Shown piece after piece: positions 12,914 through 23,629 of a stretch of 64,000 nt of DNA; position 1 is the stretch's first letter; the number at the start of each line of letters is the position of its first letter. Origin of the DNA: an uncultured Actinomycetes bacterium (GTDB lineage Bacteria; Actinomycetota; Thermoleophilia; UBA2241); contig CAVYCN010000002.1 in assembly GCA_963767005.1 (NCBI GenBank), forward strand, positions 345,272-409,271, given 5' to 3'. The notes under the pieces were generated by a model. It saw nothing but the letters and a program-made list of their open reading frames with translations, did not search any database and had not been told where the DNA came from. The translations under genes and the position numbers were made by a program.

Positions 12914-13719
12914 GCGCGGCCGCGGCCTTCGGCGTCGAGAGCTGCGCCGCCGCGACGAGCGGCCGCTACCGCGTCGTCGAGCGACGCTCGTTCGGGCGCT
13001 ACGCGCTGCTCACGGTGCTCGCCCCCAACGTGGCCGCGGCGGCGCGTCCCGGTCAGTTCGTTATGGCGGCGGTGCCGGGCGGCGCGTTCCACCTGCGCCG
13101 GCCGCTCTCGATCCATTCCGTGCAGGGCGACCGCCTGCGTCTGCTCGTCGAGCCCCGCGGCGAGGGCACGCTCGAGATCGCCAGCGCCGGCGTGGCCGAC
13201 ACGCTCGCCCTGGCCGGGCCACTGGGCAACGGGTTCCCGCTCGACGACGTGACCGAGGCGCTGCTCGTGGGCGGCGGCATCGGCGCGGCACCGCTGCAGT
13301 CCGTGGCCGACGCCCTGCGGGCCCGCGGCGTGCCTACGACCGCCGCCTTCGGGTTCCGCGACGCCGAGCAGGCGCGGCTGGCGGGCGCCTTCGAGATCGC
13401 CGATCTCTGGGTCGCGACCGACGACGGCAGCGTCGGCCGGCGGGCGACCGCCGTCGAGCTTGCGGCCGAGGTCGGGGCGGGACCGCAGGCGACCGTGCTC
13501 GCCTGCGGTCCCGCCCCGATGCTCGCCGCCGTGCGCGCCTGGGCCGCCGCGGCCGGCCGCCCGGGCTTCGCCTCGCTCGAGGCGCACATGGCCTGCGGCA
13601 CGGGTGCGTGTCACGGGTGCGTGGTGGCCACGACCGAGGGGTACCTGCGAGTCTGCGTCGAGGGCCCGGTGTTCCCCTTCGATCTGCTGGCCGACGGTCC
13701 CGCCGAGGTGGCGCCGTGA
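12910..13719 (+). CDS. pyrK: dihydroorotate dehydrogenase (class 1B) electron-transfer subunit
   Basis: FAD/NAD-binding ferredoxin-reductase fold with a C-terminal Cys cluster (CGTGACHGC...C) for 2Fe-2S. GTG overlaps the carB stop. Confidence 0.8.
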
Positions 13720-13768
13720 ACCGCCGACGTCGCGGCCGTGCCGGCACGCCCGGCCAGAAGGAGGATCC

Positions 13769-14737
13769 GTGAGCGGCGAGGCCATCGGCCCCGACCTGCG
13801 CGTCGACCTGGCGGGGCTGGCGCTCGCCCACCCCGTGATCAACGCCTCGGGCACCTTCGATGCGCTCGAGACGGCCCGGCGGTTCGGCCCGGCGGCGCTC
13901 GAGCCGTTCCCCTTCGCGGCCTACGTCCCCAAGACCGTCACACTCGAGCCGCGCCCCGGTAACCCGCCGCCGCGGGTCACCGAGACGGCGGCCGGCATGA
14001 TCAACGCGGTCGGTCTGCAGAACCCCGGCCTCGAAGCGTGGCTCGCCGACCTGCCGCTGCTCTCAGCCGTGCCGGTGCCGGTCATCGTCAACATCGGCGG
14101 CCGGCGCCCCGACGACTACCTCGAGGTGCTGCGTCGCGTCGAGGCGCGACTCGACGAGGGCGCCGCCGGACTGCCCGACGTCGTCGGGTACGAGCTCAAC
14201 GTCTCGTGCCCCAACGTGGGGAGGGGCGGCCTTGCGATCGGCACCGAGGCGGTCGAGACCGCTCGCCTCACGGCGGCCGCGCGGGCGCTCACCCGCCGGC
14301 TCGTCATCGTCAAGCTGACGCCCAACGTCACCGACGTCGTGGCGATCGCCCGGGCGGCGGCCGAGTCGGGGGCCGACGCGGTCTCCCTGGTCAACACGCT
14401 GAAGGGTCTCGTGCTCGACCCGGCTACGCTGCGGCCGTTCCTGGGCAACCGCACCGGCGGGGTGTCGGGCCCGGCGATCAAGCCGGTCGCCCTGCGCATG
14501 GTGTACGAGGTCGCCGAGGCTGTCGAGGTCGCCGTGGTCGGCATGGGCGGCGTGACGAGCGGCCGCGACGTGCTCGAGTTCATCGCCTGCGGTGCCACGG
14601 CCGTCGCGGTCGGCGCGGCGACGTTCGCCGACCCCGAGGCGCCGCGGCGTGTGGTCGCCGAGCTCGCCGCCGAGCTGCGCGCGCGCGGCGTGCGCAGCCC
14701 GGCGGCGTTGCGCGGGGCGGCCCTCGAAGGCTCGTAG
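13769..14737 (+). CDS. pyrD: dihydroorotate dehydrogenase catalytic subunit (class 1B)
   Basis: TIM-barrel DHODH motifs (INASGTFD, ELNVSCPN, VKLTPNV, GMGGV). GGAGGA RBS before GTG 13769. Confidence 0.9.
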   Translation: MSGEAIGPDLRVDLAGLALAHPVINASGTFDALETARRFGPAALEPFPFAAYVPKTVTLEPRPGNPPPRVTETAAGMINAVGLQNPGLEAWLADLPLLSAVPVPVIVNIGGRRPDDYLEVLRRVEARLDEGAAGLPDVVGYELNVSCPNVGRGGLAIGTEAVETARLTAAARALTRRLVIVKLTPNVTDVVAIARAAAESGADAVSLVNTLKGLVLDPATLRPFLGNRTGGVSGPAIKPVALRMVYEVAEAVEVAVVGMGGVTSGRDVLEFIACGATAVAVGAATFADPEAPRRVVAELAAELRARGVRSPAALRGAALEGS

Positions 14738-14857
14738 CGGCGAGCGGGCGAGACGGGGCGGCGACAGCCGCCGCCCAGATTCTGCCGCACCGTCGCCCTT
14801 TTGGGCGGCGCCGGCGGCTTGAACCGGCCCGGGCGGTTCCCCTATACTGGCGGGCAC

Positions 14858-15190
14858 ATGAGCACGCCCGCCAAACAGCTCAACATCGCACCAGCCCGCT
14901 CACTCGACCAGCGCATGGACGCGCTGCGGCGCGCCAACCAGGTGCGCAGCGACCGCGCTCGCCTCAAGGTCGACCTCAAGCGCGGCACGGTGACGATCGC
15001 CTCGGTGCTGCGCGAGCCGCCCGGCTACCTGCTCACCGCCAAGGTCATCGACGTCCTCATGGCCGCGCCCAAGTGCGGCAGAGTCAAGTCGGCGCGCATC
15101 ATGGACCAGTGCCGCGTCAGCCCGAGCAAGACCGTGGGCGGCCTCTCCGACCGCCAGCGCACCGAGCTGCTGCGCTTCTTCGGGAGCTGA
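14858..15190 (+). CDS. mihF: actinobacterial-type integration host factor mIHF
   Basis: The C-terminal ~80 aa align closely with mycobacterial mIHF (LKxxLKRGxxxxxxVL...GRVKxxxIMxxxxxxPxxxxxGLSDRQRxxLLxxFGS). It precedes gmk-rpoZ as in Actinobacteria. Confidence 0.8.
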   Translation: MSTPAKQLNIAPARSLDQRMDALRRANQVRSDRARLKVDLKRGTVTIASVLREPPGYLLTAKVIDVLMAAPKCGRVKSARIMDQCRVSPSKTVGGLSDRQRTELLRFFGS

Positions 15191-15201
15191 CCATCCCCGC
15201 G

Positions 15202-15771
15202 GTGTTCGTCGTCCTGGGGCCGTCGGGCGCCGGGAAGGGGACCCTCATCGATCTCGCCCTTCGCTCGCTGCCGGGCGTCGTCACATCGGTGTCGGCGACC
15301 ACGCGCGCGCCCCGCGCCGGCGAGATCGACGGCACGCACTACCGGTTCCTGTCGCAGAGCGCGTTTCGCCGGGCCGTCGACGAGGGCAGGTTCCTCGAGT
15401 GGGCCGACTACGGCGGCAACCTCTACGGCACGACTCGCGACGACGTGGAAGCCAAGCTCGCCGCAGGCTATGATGTGATCCTCGAGATCGACCTGCAGGG
15501 CGCGCGCGCGGTCCGCGCGGCCGTGCCCGACGCCACCCTGATCTTCGTCGCGCCGCCGTCGATCGAGGAGCTCGGTCGGCGCCTGCGTGGCAGGGGGACC
15601 GACTCCGCGGCGGCGATCGCCCGCCGGCTCGAGATCGCGCGCGGCGAGCTCGCCGCGGCGCACGAGTTCGACGAGGTGATCGTCAACGACGACGCGAAGC
15701 AAGCGGCGGCGAGGCTGGCCGCGATCATCGCGGACCGCCGCGACGCAGAGAAACGACACAAAGGAGACTAG
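15202..15771 (+). CDS. gmk: guanylate kinase
   Basis: P-loop GPSGAGKGT and guanylate kinase signature (ATTRAPRAGEIDGTHYRF). The start is GTG 15202, or possibly CTG 15187. Confidence 0.9.
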   Translation: MFVVLGPSGAGKGTLIDLALRSLPGVVTSVSATTRAPRAGEIDGTHYRFLSQSAFRRAVDEGRFLEWADYGGNLYGTTRDDVEAKLAAGYDVILEIDLQGARAVRAAVPDATLIFVAPPSIEELGRRLRGRGTDSAAAIARRLEIARGELAAAHEFDEVIVNDDAKQAAARLAAIIADRRDAEKRHKGD

Positions 15772-16004
15772 TGGACCGTCCCCGCATCGACGAGCTGCTG
15801 CCCCGCGCGGGCAACTCGCGCTACTCCCTCACGATCATCGCGGCCAAGCGCGCCCGCCAGATCAACAACTACTACAACTCACTCGGCGAGGGCCTGTTCG
15901 ACGAGTTCCCGCCGCCCCTCGTGACGTCGCGCAGCAAGAACCTGCTGACGATCGCCTTCGAGGAGATCGCCGAGGGCAAGATCGACTTCGAGTCGAAGGC
16001 CTGA
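15771..16004 (+). CDS. rpoZ: DNA-directed RNA polymerase subunit omega
   Basis: 77-aa RpoZ (SRYSLTIIAAKRARQIN). GTG overlaps the gmk stop. Confidence 0.85.
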   Translation: MDRPRIDELLPRAGNSRYSLTIIAAKRARQINNYYNSLGEGLFDEFPPPLVTSRSKNLLTIAFEEIAEGKIDFESKA

Positions 16005-16020
16005 GCGGACCGCGCCGCGC

Positions 16021-17244
16021 GTGGCAGCCGTGACCGTCGTCGAGGCACATCCGCCCGAGCGCCACGTCCTCGTGGGCGTGAGCGGCGGCATCGCCATCTA
16101 CAAGGCTGTTGAGCTCGTCCGCCTGCTCACCAAAGAGGGCTTCGCGCCCACCGTCGTGGCCACCGAGGCCAGCAAGCGCTTCATCATGCCGCTGACCTTC
16201 GCCGCGGTGGCGCGCGCCGCCGTGCTCGACGACGAGAGCTCGTGGCAGCCCTCGAGTGGCTGGTTCGAGCACATCGAGGCGGCCCGGCGCGCCGACGTCA
16301 TGGTGATTGCGCCGGCGACCGCCAACACGGTCGCCAAGCTCGCCCACGGACTGGCCGACAACCTGCTGTCGGCGATCTACCTGGCCTTCCGCGGCCCCGT
16401 CATCGTGGCGCCGACCGCCAACTGGGCGATGTACGAGCACCAGGCCACGCAGGGCAATCTCGCGATCTTGAGCGAGCGGGGCGTCGAGGTCCTGCCGACC
16501 GGCACCGGCGATCTCGCCTGCGGCGAGGAGGGCGCCGGTCGCATGGCCTCGCCCGACGTCATCATGGCGGCCGTACGGCGCGCCTTTGCCGGCCTCGCGG
16601 CCGGGCCGCTGTCCGGCCGCAAGGTCGTGGTGACCGCCGGCGGTACACGCGAGGCGATCGACGCCGTGCGCTACATCGGCAACCGCTCGAGCGGCAAGAT
16701 GGGCCGAGCGGTGGCCGACGAGGCCTACCTGCGCGGCGCCGACGTCGTGCTCGTCACGACGCAGGCCGGCGCCGAGGTGCCCTACCGCAGGGTGATCGTC
16801 GAGTCGGCGACCGAGATGGCCGACGCGGTGAGCGGCGAGTGCGCCGACGCCGCGGTCCTCGTGATGGCCGCGGCCGTCGCCGACTATCGCCCGGTCTCGG
16901 TCGCCGAGGGCAAGCTCTCGCGCAGCGACGAGCCCGAGCTCACGCTGCGGCTCGTGCCCACCGTCGACGTCCTCGCGACGACGCGGCGGCCCGGTCTCGT
17001 GCGGGTGGGCTTCGCCGCCGAGGCGGGGCCGCGCATCGACAGGGCGCGTGCCAAGAAGGCCGCCAAAGACGTCGAGATGCTGGTCTTCAACGACATCCTC
17101 GCCGCCGGCGTCGGCATCGGCTCCGACGAGAACGAGATCACTATCCTCACCACCGGGCGCGACGTGCACGTGCCGCGCACGAGCAAGGCGGCCTGCGCGA
17201 GGGCGATCCTCGACGAGCTCGAGGGCATCCTGACGGCCGGCTGA
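16021..17244 (+). CDS. coaBC: bifunctional phosphopantothenoylcysteine decarboxylase / phosphopantothenate-cysteine ligase
   Basis: N-terminal flavoprotein domain (VLVGVSGGIAIYKA) plus C-terminal CoaB domain (NRSSGKMG). Confidence 0.9.
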   Translation: MAAVTVVEAHPPERHVLVGVSGGIAIYKAVELVRLLTKEGFAPTVVATEASKRFIMPLTFAAVARAAVLDDESSWQPSSGWFEHIEAARRADVMVIAPATANTVAKLAHGLADNLLSAIYLAFRGPVIVAPTANWAMYEHQATQGNLAILSERGVEVLPTGTGDLACGEEGAGRMASPDVIMAAVRRAFAGLAAGPLSGRKVVVTAGGTREAIDAVRYIGNRSSGKMGRAVADEAYLRGADVVLVTTQAGAEVPYRRVIVESATEMADAVSGECADAAVLVMAAAVADYRPVSVAEGKLSRSDEPELTLRLVPTVDVLATTRRPGLVRVGFAAEAGPRIDRARAKKAAKDVEMLVFNDILAAGVGIGSDENEITILTTGRDVHVPRTSKAACARAILDELEGILTAG

Positions 17245-17333
17245 TCCCCGGTCGCGCGCCAGGAGCGCCCAGGGCCGGTGCAGCCACGCGGTCGGGCCGC
17301 GTCCGGCCGCGTCCGACAAGGAGGCAAGGGCAC

Positions 17334-17909
17334 ATGAGCGTCAGCCCCGCGACGCGCGCCGTGCTCGTCGGTCTCATCGGCGAGTCGGTCGCAAACGAGA
17401 ACCTCCGCCGTCACATGCTGGCGACCGAGGCGGTCATGCGGGCGCTCGCCGAGCGCCTCGGCCACGATCCCGACCTCTGGGGTCTCGCCGGCCTCGCCCA
17501 CGACCTCGACGCCGAAGAGACCGCGCACGATGCCGCGCGCCACGGGGCGCAGGCGGCCGAGCGTCTGGCCGGCCTGGGCCTGCCCGACGAACTGGTGCAC
17601 GCCGTCGCGGCCCACAACCCCGCGACGGGCACGGTCGTCGAGCGGCCGATCGACGTAGCCCTGATCGCCGCCGACCAGACGACCGGTCTGATCACCGCCG
17701 CCACGCTCGTGCGGCCCGACCGCGCGCTGCCCGAGGTCAAGCTGAAGTCCGTGCGCAAACGCATGCGCGAGGGCGCCTTCGCGCGCGGCGTCGACCGCGG
17801 CTCGATCGCGCGGTGCGAAGAGCTCGGTCTCGGCCTCGACGAGTTCCTCGATCTGGCGCTGCAGGCGATGCAGGGCGTCGCCGCCGACCTGGGGCTGGCC
17901 GGGGAGTGA
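17334..17909 (+). CDS. HD/HDIG domain phosphohydrolase
   Basis: HD motif (LAGLAHDLD...H) in a 190-aa protein. AAGGAGG RBS before ATG 17334. Confidence 0.65.
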   Translation: MSVSPATRAVLVGLIGESVANENLRRHMLATEAVMRALAERLGHDPDLWGLAGLAHDLDAEETAHDAARHGAQAAERLAGLGLPDELVHAVAAHNPATGTVVERPIDVALIAADQTTGLITAATLVRPDRALPEVKLKSVRKRMREGAFARGVDRGSIARCEELGLGLDEFLDLALQAMQGVAADLGLAGE

Positions 17910-18334
17910 GCAGCGACACGGTCGGTGGCCCGCCGCGGTCCGGCGACTCGCAGGTCGCCCCGGTGGGCGGCGACGGCGACCGCGCCTACGAGTACTTCGA
18001 GAGAGGGCGGCGGTTCCTCGCCGAGCGTCATCCGGCGCAGGCCGCCATGTACCTCGAGCGCGCCCGGGCGATCGCCCCCGACAAGAACTCGATCCGCGAG
18101 GCCCTCGGCCGCGCCTACTACGCGCTCGGGCGCTACGACGGCGCGGCGCGCGAGTTCGCGGAGATCGTCGGCCGGGCGCCGGCCACCGACTACGCGCATT
18201 TCGCCCTCGCGCGCTGCCTGCTGAAGCTGGGCGACGTGTCCGGTGCGCGTCGCGAGGCGCGTCTCGCCGTGGCGATGGCGCCCGGCAACGACGACTACCG
18301 CCAGGCGCTCGACGACTGCCTCGAGGCCGGCTGA
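17906..18334 (+). CDS. tetratricopeptide-repeat protein
   Basis: TPR-like repeats (AAMYLERARAIAPD...ALGRAYYALGRYDGAAREF...). GTG overlaps the upstream stop. Confidence 0.55.
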   Translation: MSSDTVGGPPRSGDSQVAPVGGDGDRAYEYFERGRRFLAERHPAQAAMYLERARAIAPDKNSIREALGRAYYALGRYDGAAREFAEIVGRAPATDYAHFALARCLLKLGDVSGARREARLAVAMAPGNDDYRQALDDCLEAG

Positions 18335-18416
18335 GGATCTGCGCGGCGCGCGACCGCGAGCCCGGGGGGTGCGGCCGGCGCGGGGAACGGGGGCGGCGTG
18401 AGCGCCGCCGCGAGGC

Positions 18417-19394
18417 TCAGGCTCTCGGGGTCTGCTGCGGCGCCGCGCTGGGCGGCGTGAGCGCGTCGCTGCCGGCGTGCGCCATGTCGAGCAGGATCTG
18501 GATGCGCTTCTGGATGGGCGGATGCGTGTCGAACAGGCCGGCCGATTCGCGCGTCTTGCGCCCCTTGAGGGGGTTGGCGATATAGAGGTGCGCGGTGGCC
18601 CTCGTCGCGACCTGCAAGGGGCGCGGGTCGGCGGCGATCTTCTGCAGGGCGTGGGCGAGACCGAGCGGGTTGCGCGTGAGCTCGACGCCGCTCGCGTCGG
18701 CTAAGTACTCGCGGTGGCGCGAGACGGCGAGCTGCACCATCCAGGCGAAGAACGGGGCGAGGATGGCGAGCACGATGGCGATCAGAAAGAAGATCGCCCC
18801 TGCGCCGCCGCCGCTGTCGTTGTTACTGCGGCGGCCGCCGCCGAAGCCGCCGAAGAACGTGAAGCGCAGGAAGAAGTCGGCGATCAGGGCGATCATGCCG
18901 ACGAGCACGCCGACGAGCGTCGCGAAGCGGATGTCGAAGTTGCGCACGTGCGACATCTCGTGGGCGATCACACCCTGGAGCTCGTCGCGGCTCATCATCT
19001 GGAGAAGGCCGGCCGTGACCGCGACCGAGGCGTGCTTGGGGTCGCGGCCCGTGGCGAAGGCGTTGGGCGCCGCGTCGGCGATGACGTACACGGTCGGCAT
19101 CGGGATGCCGGCGGCGATCGACATCTCCTCGACCACGTCCCAGAGGATCGGGGCCTGATCGCGCGTGATGCGCTGCGCGCGACTCGCGGCCAGGACGATG
19201 CCGGCCCCGCCGTAGTAGCCGATCAGGCTCCAGACGATCGCGACGATGCCGAAGACACCGAGCAGCCCGATGCCGCCCGTGTACGTACGGAAGGCGGCCA
19301 CGCCGATGGCGAAGCCGAGCGTGAGTAACACGGCGAGGATGACGGCGACCAGGAAGACCGAGTCGCGCTTGTTGCGGGCGATCTGCTCGTACAT
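18417..19394 (-). CDS. htpX: zinc metalloprotease HtpX
   Basis: M48 protease with HEMSH zinc motif, N-terminal TM helices, and a C-terminal EYLADASG block. Confidence 0.9.
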   Translation of the reverse strand: MYEQIARNKRDSVFLVAVILAVLLTLGFAIGVAAFRTYTGGIGLLGVFGIVAIVWSLIGYYGGAGIVLAASRAQRITRDQAPILWDVVEEMSIAAGIPMPTVYVIADAAPNAFATGRDPKHASVAVTAGLLQMMSRDELQGVIAHEMSHVRNFDIRFATLVGVLVGMIALIADFFLRFTFFGGFGGGRRSNNDSGGGAGAIFFLIAIVLAILAPFFAWMVQLAVSRHREYLADASGVELTRNPLGLAHALQKIAADPRPLQVATRATAHLYIANPLKGRKTRESAGLFDTHPPIQKRIQILLDMAHAGSDALTPPSAAPQQTPRA

Positions 19395-19427
19395 GCCGGG
19401 AACGGCGCTCCTTCAGCCGGCCGTCGC

Positions 19428-20123
19428 CTACTGCTGCGGCGTGGGCGGCTGCTGCGGCGGCGCCGGGGGTTGCTGGGCGACCGGCGGCTGCGCCAGGGGT
19501 GCGGGCTGCGGGGCCGGCGCGACCGGGGCCGCGGGCTGCTGGAGCTGCACCGCGGGCGCCGAGAGGCCCAGGTCGACCTTCGGCACCTCGCGGTCGGCCG
19601 CTTCGCCTTCGAAGAACTGGCGCGCCGTGAAGTTGAACATGCCGGCGATCGTGTTGGCCGGGAACGACTGGATCTTCGTGTTGTAGCTCATGACGCTGTC
19701 GTTGTAGAACTGGCGCGCGAACGAGATCTTGTTCTCGGTCGTGGTGAGCTCCTCTTGCAGCGAGATCACGTTCTGGTTCGCCTTCAGGTCGGGGTAGTTC
19801 TCGACGACGGCGAACAGCGAGCGCAGCGTCTGGGTCAGCGTGTTCTCGGCCTGTGCCTGGGCGGCAGGGCCCTGCGCGCCGGCGGCCACCGCGGCGGCCC
19901 GTGCGTTGGTCACCTTGGTCAGGGTGTCCTGCTCGAACTGCATGTAGCCCTTGACCGACTCGACCAGGTTGGGGATGAGGTCGTGCCGGCGCTTGAGCTG
20001 CACGTCGATCTGGCTCCAGGCGTTGTCGACCTGGTTGCGCCCGCGTACGAGGCCGTTGTAGGTGGCCCACAGTGCGAGCGCGAGCACCACGACGATCACG
20101 ATCACCACGATGACTGCAGTCAC
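19428..20123 (-). CDS. lemA: LemA family protein
   Basis: N-terminal TM plus LemA domain (NGLVRGRNQVDNAWSQIDVQLKRRHDLIPNLV). Pro/Gln-rich C-terminal tail. Conserved htpX-lemA pairing. Confidence 0.85.
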   Translation of the reverse strand: MTAVIVVIVIVVVLALALWATYNGLVRGRNQVDNAWSQIDVQLKRRHDLIPNLVESVKGYMQFEQDTLTKVTNARAAAVAAGAQGPAAQAQAENTLTQTLRSLFAVVENYPDLKANQNVISLQEELTTTENKISFARQFYNDSVMSYNTKIQSFPANTIAGMFNFTARQFFEGEAADREVPKVDLGLSAPAVQLQQPAAPVAPAPQPAPLAQPPVAQQPPAPPQQPPTPQQ

Positions 20124-20251
20124 GACGATTCGCTCCTTTTGAAGGTCTTGTCCCTGCGCGTTCTACCCATTCTACGTCAGACGCTCGCAGGCGAGTGGGT
20201 GCCGGCGGGCGGAGCGGCGTCGCAGGTCCTCCCGTACACTGAAACGTTCCC

Positions 20252-21088
20252 GTGAACGGAGATGCTATGCTGGCCGCCATGAACGGCGACGAAAGACCGC
20301 GCGGTCGGGCCGCGCGCCGCGCGCCGCTCAGGTTCGCGGCCGTCGCCGTCGCCTTGGCCGTGCTGGCCGGCGGCGGCTGGGCCGTGGTGCGCGCCCGCGC
20401 GGCCGGCGCCGCTCTGCCGCCGCTGCCGCCCGCGCCCGCCGTGTCGCCGGGCCCCAGCGCGAGCTCCGTCCCAGCGGTGCAGGGCTGGCAGGTCGCCAAG
20501 GCCGTCGGGCCGGTCGTCGCCTACCGGCGACCCTCCACGTCGGCGCCCGTGCGCCAGCGCTTCGGTATCCTCAACCCGAGCGGCTATCCGAGCGTCTTTC
20601 TGGTGCGCGGCGTGCGCGAGGTCGGCGGTGTCACCTGGTACGACGTCTGGCTGCCCATCAGGCCGAACGAGAGTCACGGCTGGATCCGCCAGGGCGGCGT
20701 GTCGATCTACACGACGACCGCCAAGATCGTCGTGCACCTCGCCACCCATCGACTGGTCGTCTACCGCCGCGGCGTCGAGGTCGGCAGCTTCCCGGTCGCG
20801 GTCGGCATGCCGTCGCTGCCCACGCCTCGCGGGATCTACTATATCGACGAAAAGCTCCTGCCGGACGCGCCGGGCGGGCCCTACGGCGTCCTTGCCCTGG
20901 GCCTCAGCGCGTTCCAGCCGCGGCTGCCGAACTGGCCGCTCGGCGGCCCGGTGGCGATCCACGGCACCAACGAGGACGCGCTGATCGGCCAGGCCATCAG
21001 CCACGGCTGCATCCGCATGCACAACGCCGACGTGCTCAAGGTGAGCGCCTGGGTGCCGACCGGCAGCCCGGTGGTCGTCGAACGCTAG
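20252..21088 (+). CDS. L,D-transpeptidase (YkuD domain)
   Basis: YkuD catalytic motif (HGT....SHGCIRM) with an N-terminal signal/TM segment. Confidence 0.8.
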   Translation: MNGDAMLAAMNGDERPRGRAARRAPLRFAAVAVALAVLAGGGWAVVRARAAGAALPPLPPAPAVSPGPSASSVPAVQGWQVAKAVGPVVAYRRPSTSAPVRQRFGILNPSGYPSVFLVRGVREVGGVTWYDVWLPIRPNESHGWIRQGGVSIYTTTAKIVVHLATHRLVVYRRGVEVGSFPVAVGMPSLPTPRGIYYIDEKLLPDAPGGPYGVLALGLSAFQPRLPNWPLGGPVAIHGTNEDALIGQAISHGCIRMHNADVLKVSAWVPTGSPVVVER

Positions 21089-21166
21089 CGCACAAACGAC
21101 GCGGGCGGGGCGGCCCAGAGGGCGCCCCGCCCGCGTCGCGCCGCCGCCGCGACAGCGAGAAGGGCC

Positions 21167-21451
21167 TCACCAATACTCGCCCTGAATGAGCTGCATGTCC
21201 TTGGCCTTGCACTTGGGGCAGGTGTACGACTGCGCCTTCTCGAGGAAGAAGAGCTCGCTGCCGCAGGTCTCGCAATGGAATTCGTCGACGATGATGTCGG
21301 CACCGGTCAGGTCGACCGAGGCGATACACTTGCACTGCACGCAGACGGCGGGCATGAAGCGCTTGCGCGGGTCGGTCACACTCACGCCCCAGCGGATCTT
21401 GTCGGTCGTGTAGCCGCATTCCCGGCACACGAAAGTGGTGTATTCTCCCAT
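21167..21451 (-). CDS. small double zinc-ribbon protein (hypothetical)
   Basis: 94 aa with four CxxC pairs (C9xxC12, C36xxC39, C60xxC63, C78xxC81). The function is unknown. Confidence 0.5.
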   Translation of the reverse strand: MGEYTTFVCRECGYTTDKIRWGVSVTDPRKRFMPAVCVQCKCIASVDLTGADIIVDEFHCETCGSELFFLEKAQSYTCPKCKAKDMQLIQGEYW

Positions 21452-21553
21452 GCTCGCAGCCCCTCGCTCGGTCGCCCGTCGCGGTCGTGGTCCGGGGCAG
21501 GGTATCGGCAGATTTGTGCCGCTCGTTGAGCGAAAAGGCGGCTGCCGCCGCCT

Positions 21554-21582
21554 TGATTAGTCTTCGAGGCGGGTGGTATATA
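21554..21582 (+). promoter_or_regulatory. putative sigma70 promoter of the rimP-nusA-infB operon (TTGATT-17 nt-TATATA)
   Basis: Near-consensus hexamers in an unusually AT-rich patch (ggtggTATATACTgagg). An 8-bp palindrome AAGGCGGC/GCCGCCTT overlaps the -35. Confidence 0.5.
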
Positions 21583-21628
21583 CTGAGGCACGACGAAACG
21601 GACAACCGGGAGGCGAAGGCTTTCGAGA

Positions 21629-21657
21629 AGTGGGTGCGGGTCGCCCACTTTTGTTTT
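21629..21657 (+). terminator. leader intrinsic terminator/attenuator upstream of rimP
   Basis: Hairpin AGUGGG-UGCGGGUCG-CCCACU followed by UUUUGUUUUG, 7 nt before the rimP ATG. Confidence 0.5.
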
Positions 21658-21663
21658 GTGGAG

Positions 21664-22127
21664 ATGAGCACACGCGACCAGCACCGGCAGCTCGTGACCG
21701 AGGTCGAGGCCCGGCTGGCCGGGCCCCTGCCCGACGTCGAGGTCGTCGCGGTCGACGTCCAGGGCGGACGCGGGGCGCGTCTCACCGTCTACATCGACCG
21801 ACCCGGAGGCGTCGACCTCGGTCTGTGCGAGGCGGTCGCGCGCGAGCTCGACGACCTGCGTGAGCGCTATGCGCTCGACGTCTCGTCGCCCGGCCTCGAC
21901 CGGCCGTTGCGTACGGTCGCGCAGTTCGAGCGGGCGACCGGCGAGCGCGTGTACGTGAAGACCGACGTGCGCCTCGACGGGCGCGCGGTCTTCCGGGGCC
22001 GGCTGACGGGAGCCGGCGCGGCCGCCGTGACACTGGCGCTCGACGAGGGCGCGGCGGTCGAGATCCCGTTCGACACGATAGCGAAGGCCCACGTGATCTT
22101 CGAGTTCGACGACACCGGAGGGCATCA

Positions 22128-22131
<4 letters not shown>
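21664..22131 (+). CDS. rimP: ribosome maturation factor RimP
   Basis: RimP fold (VEVVAVDV...RLTVYIDRPGGVDLGLCEAVAREL...YALDVSSPGLDRPL) immediately upstream of nusA. Confidence 0.85.
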
Positions 22132-23344
<1,213 letters not shown>

Positions 23345-23348
<4 letters not shown>

Positions 23349-23629
23349 CGGCGCCTCGCATGAGCGTGCCACGGCGCACCTGCGTGGGGTGTCGCCAGGC
23401 AGCCCCGAGCGACGCTCTCGTCCGTCTCACGCTGCGCGACGGCCAGGTCGAGGTGGCCGCGCCGCGCCCCAGCGGGCGCGGCGCCTGGTTGTGCCCCGAG
23501 CCCGAGTGTCTCGACCGGGCCGCGCGGCGGCGCGCTCTCGAGCGCGCGCTGCGCGCCCGCGTGTCCATCGATCCCGATCTGCGCAGGCGCTTCACCGACG
23601 TCTGCGAGCAGCGAAAGGCGGTGAGGTAA
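23345..23629 (+). CDS. ylxR: YlxR/RnpM family (DUF448) RNA-binding protein
   Basis: RTCVGCR motif typical of YlxR. Its position between nusA and infB is conserved in Gram-positives. Confidence 0.8.

Noticed and set aside
14801-15190. Possibility that the small gene upstream of gmk is RemA (as in Bacillus) rather than mIHF
   Set aside because: The C-terminal 80 aa align convincingly with mycobacterial mIHF (GRVK...GLSDRQR..LL..FGS) and not with the DUF370 RemA sequence.
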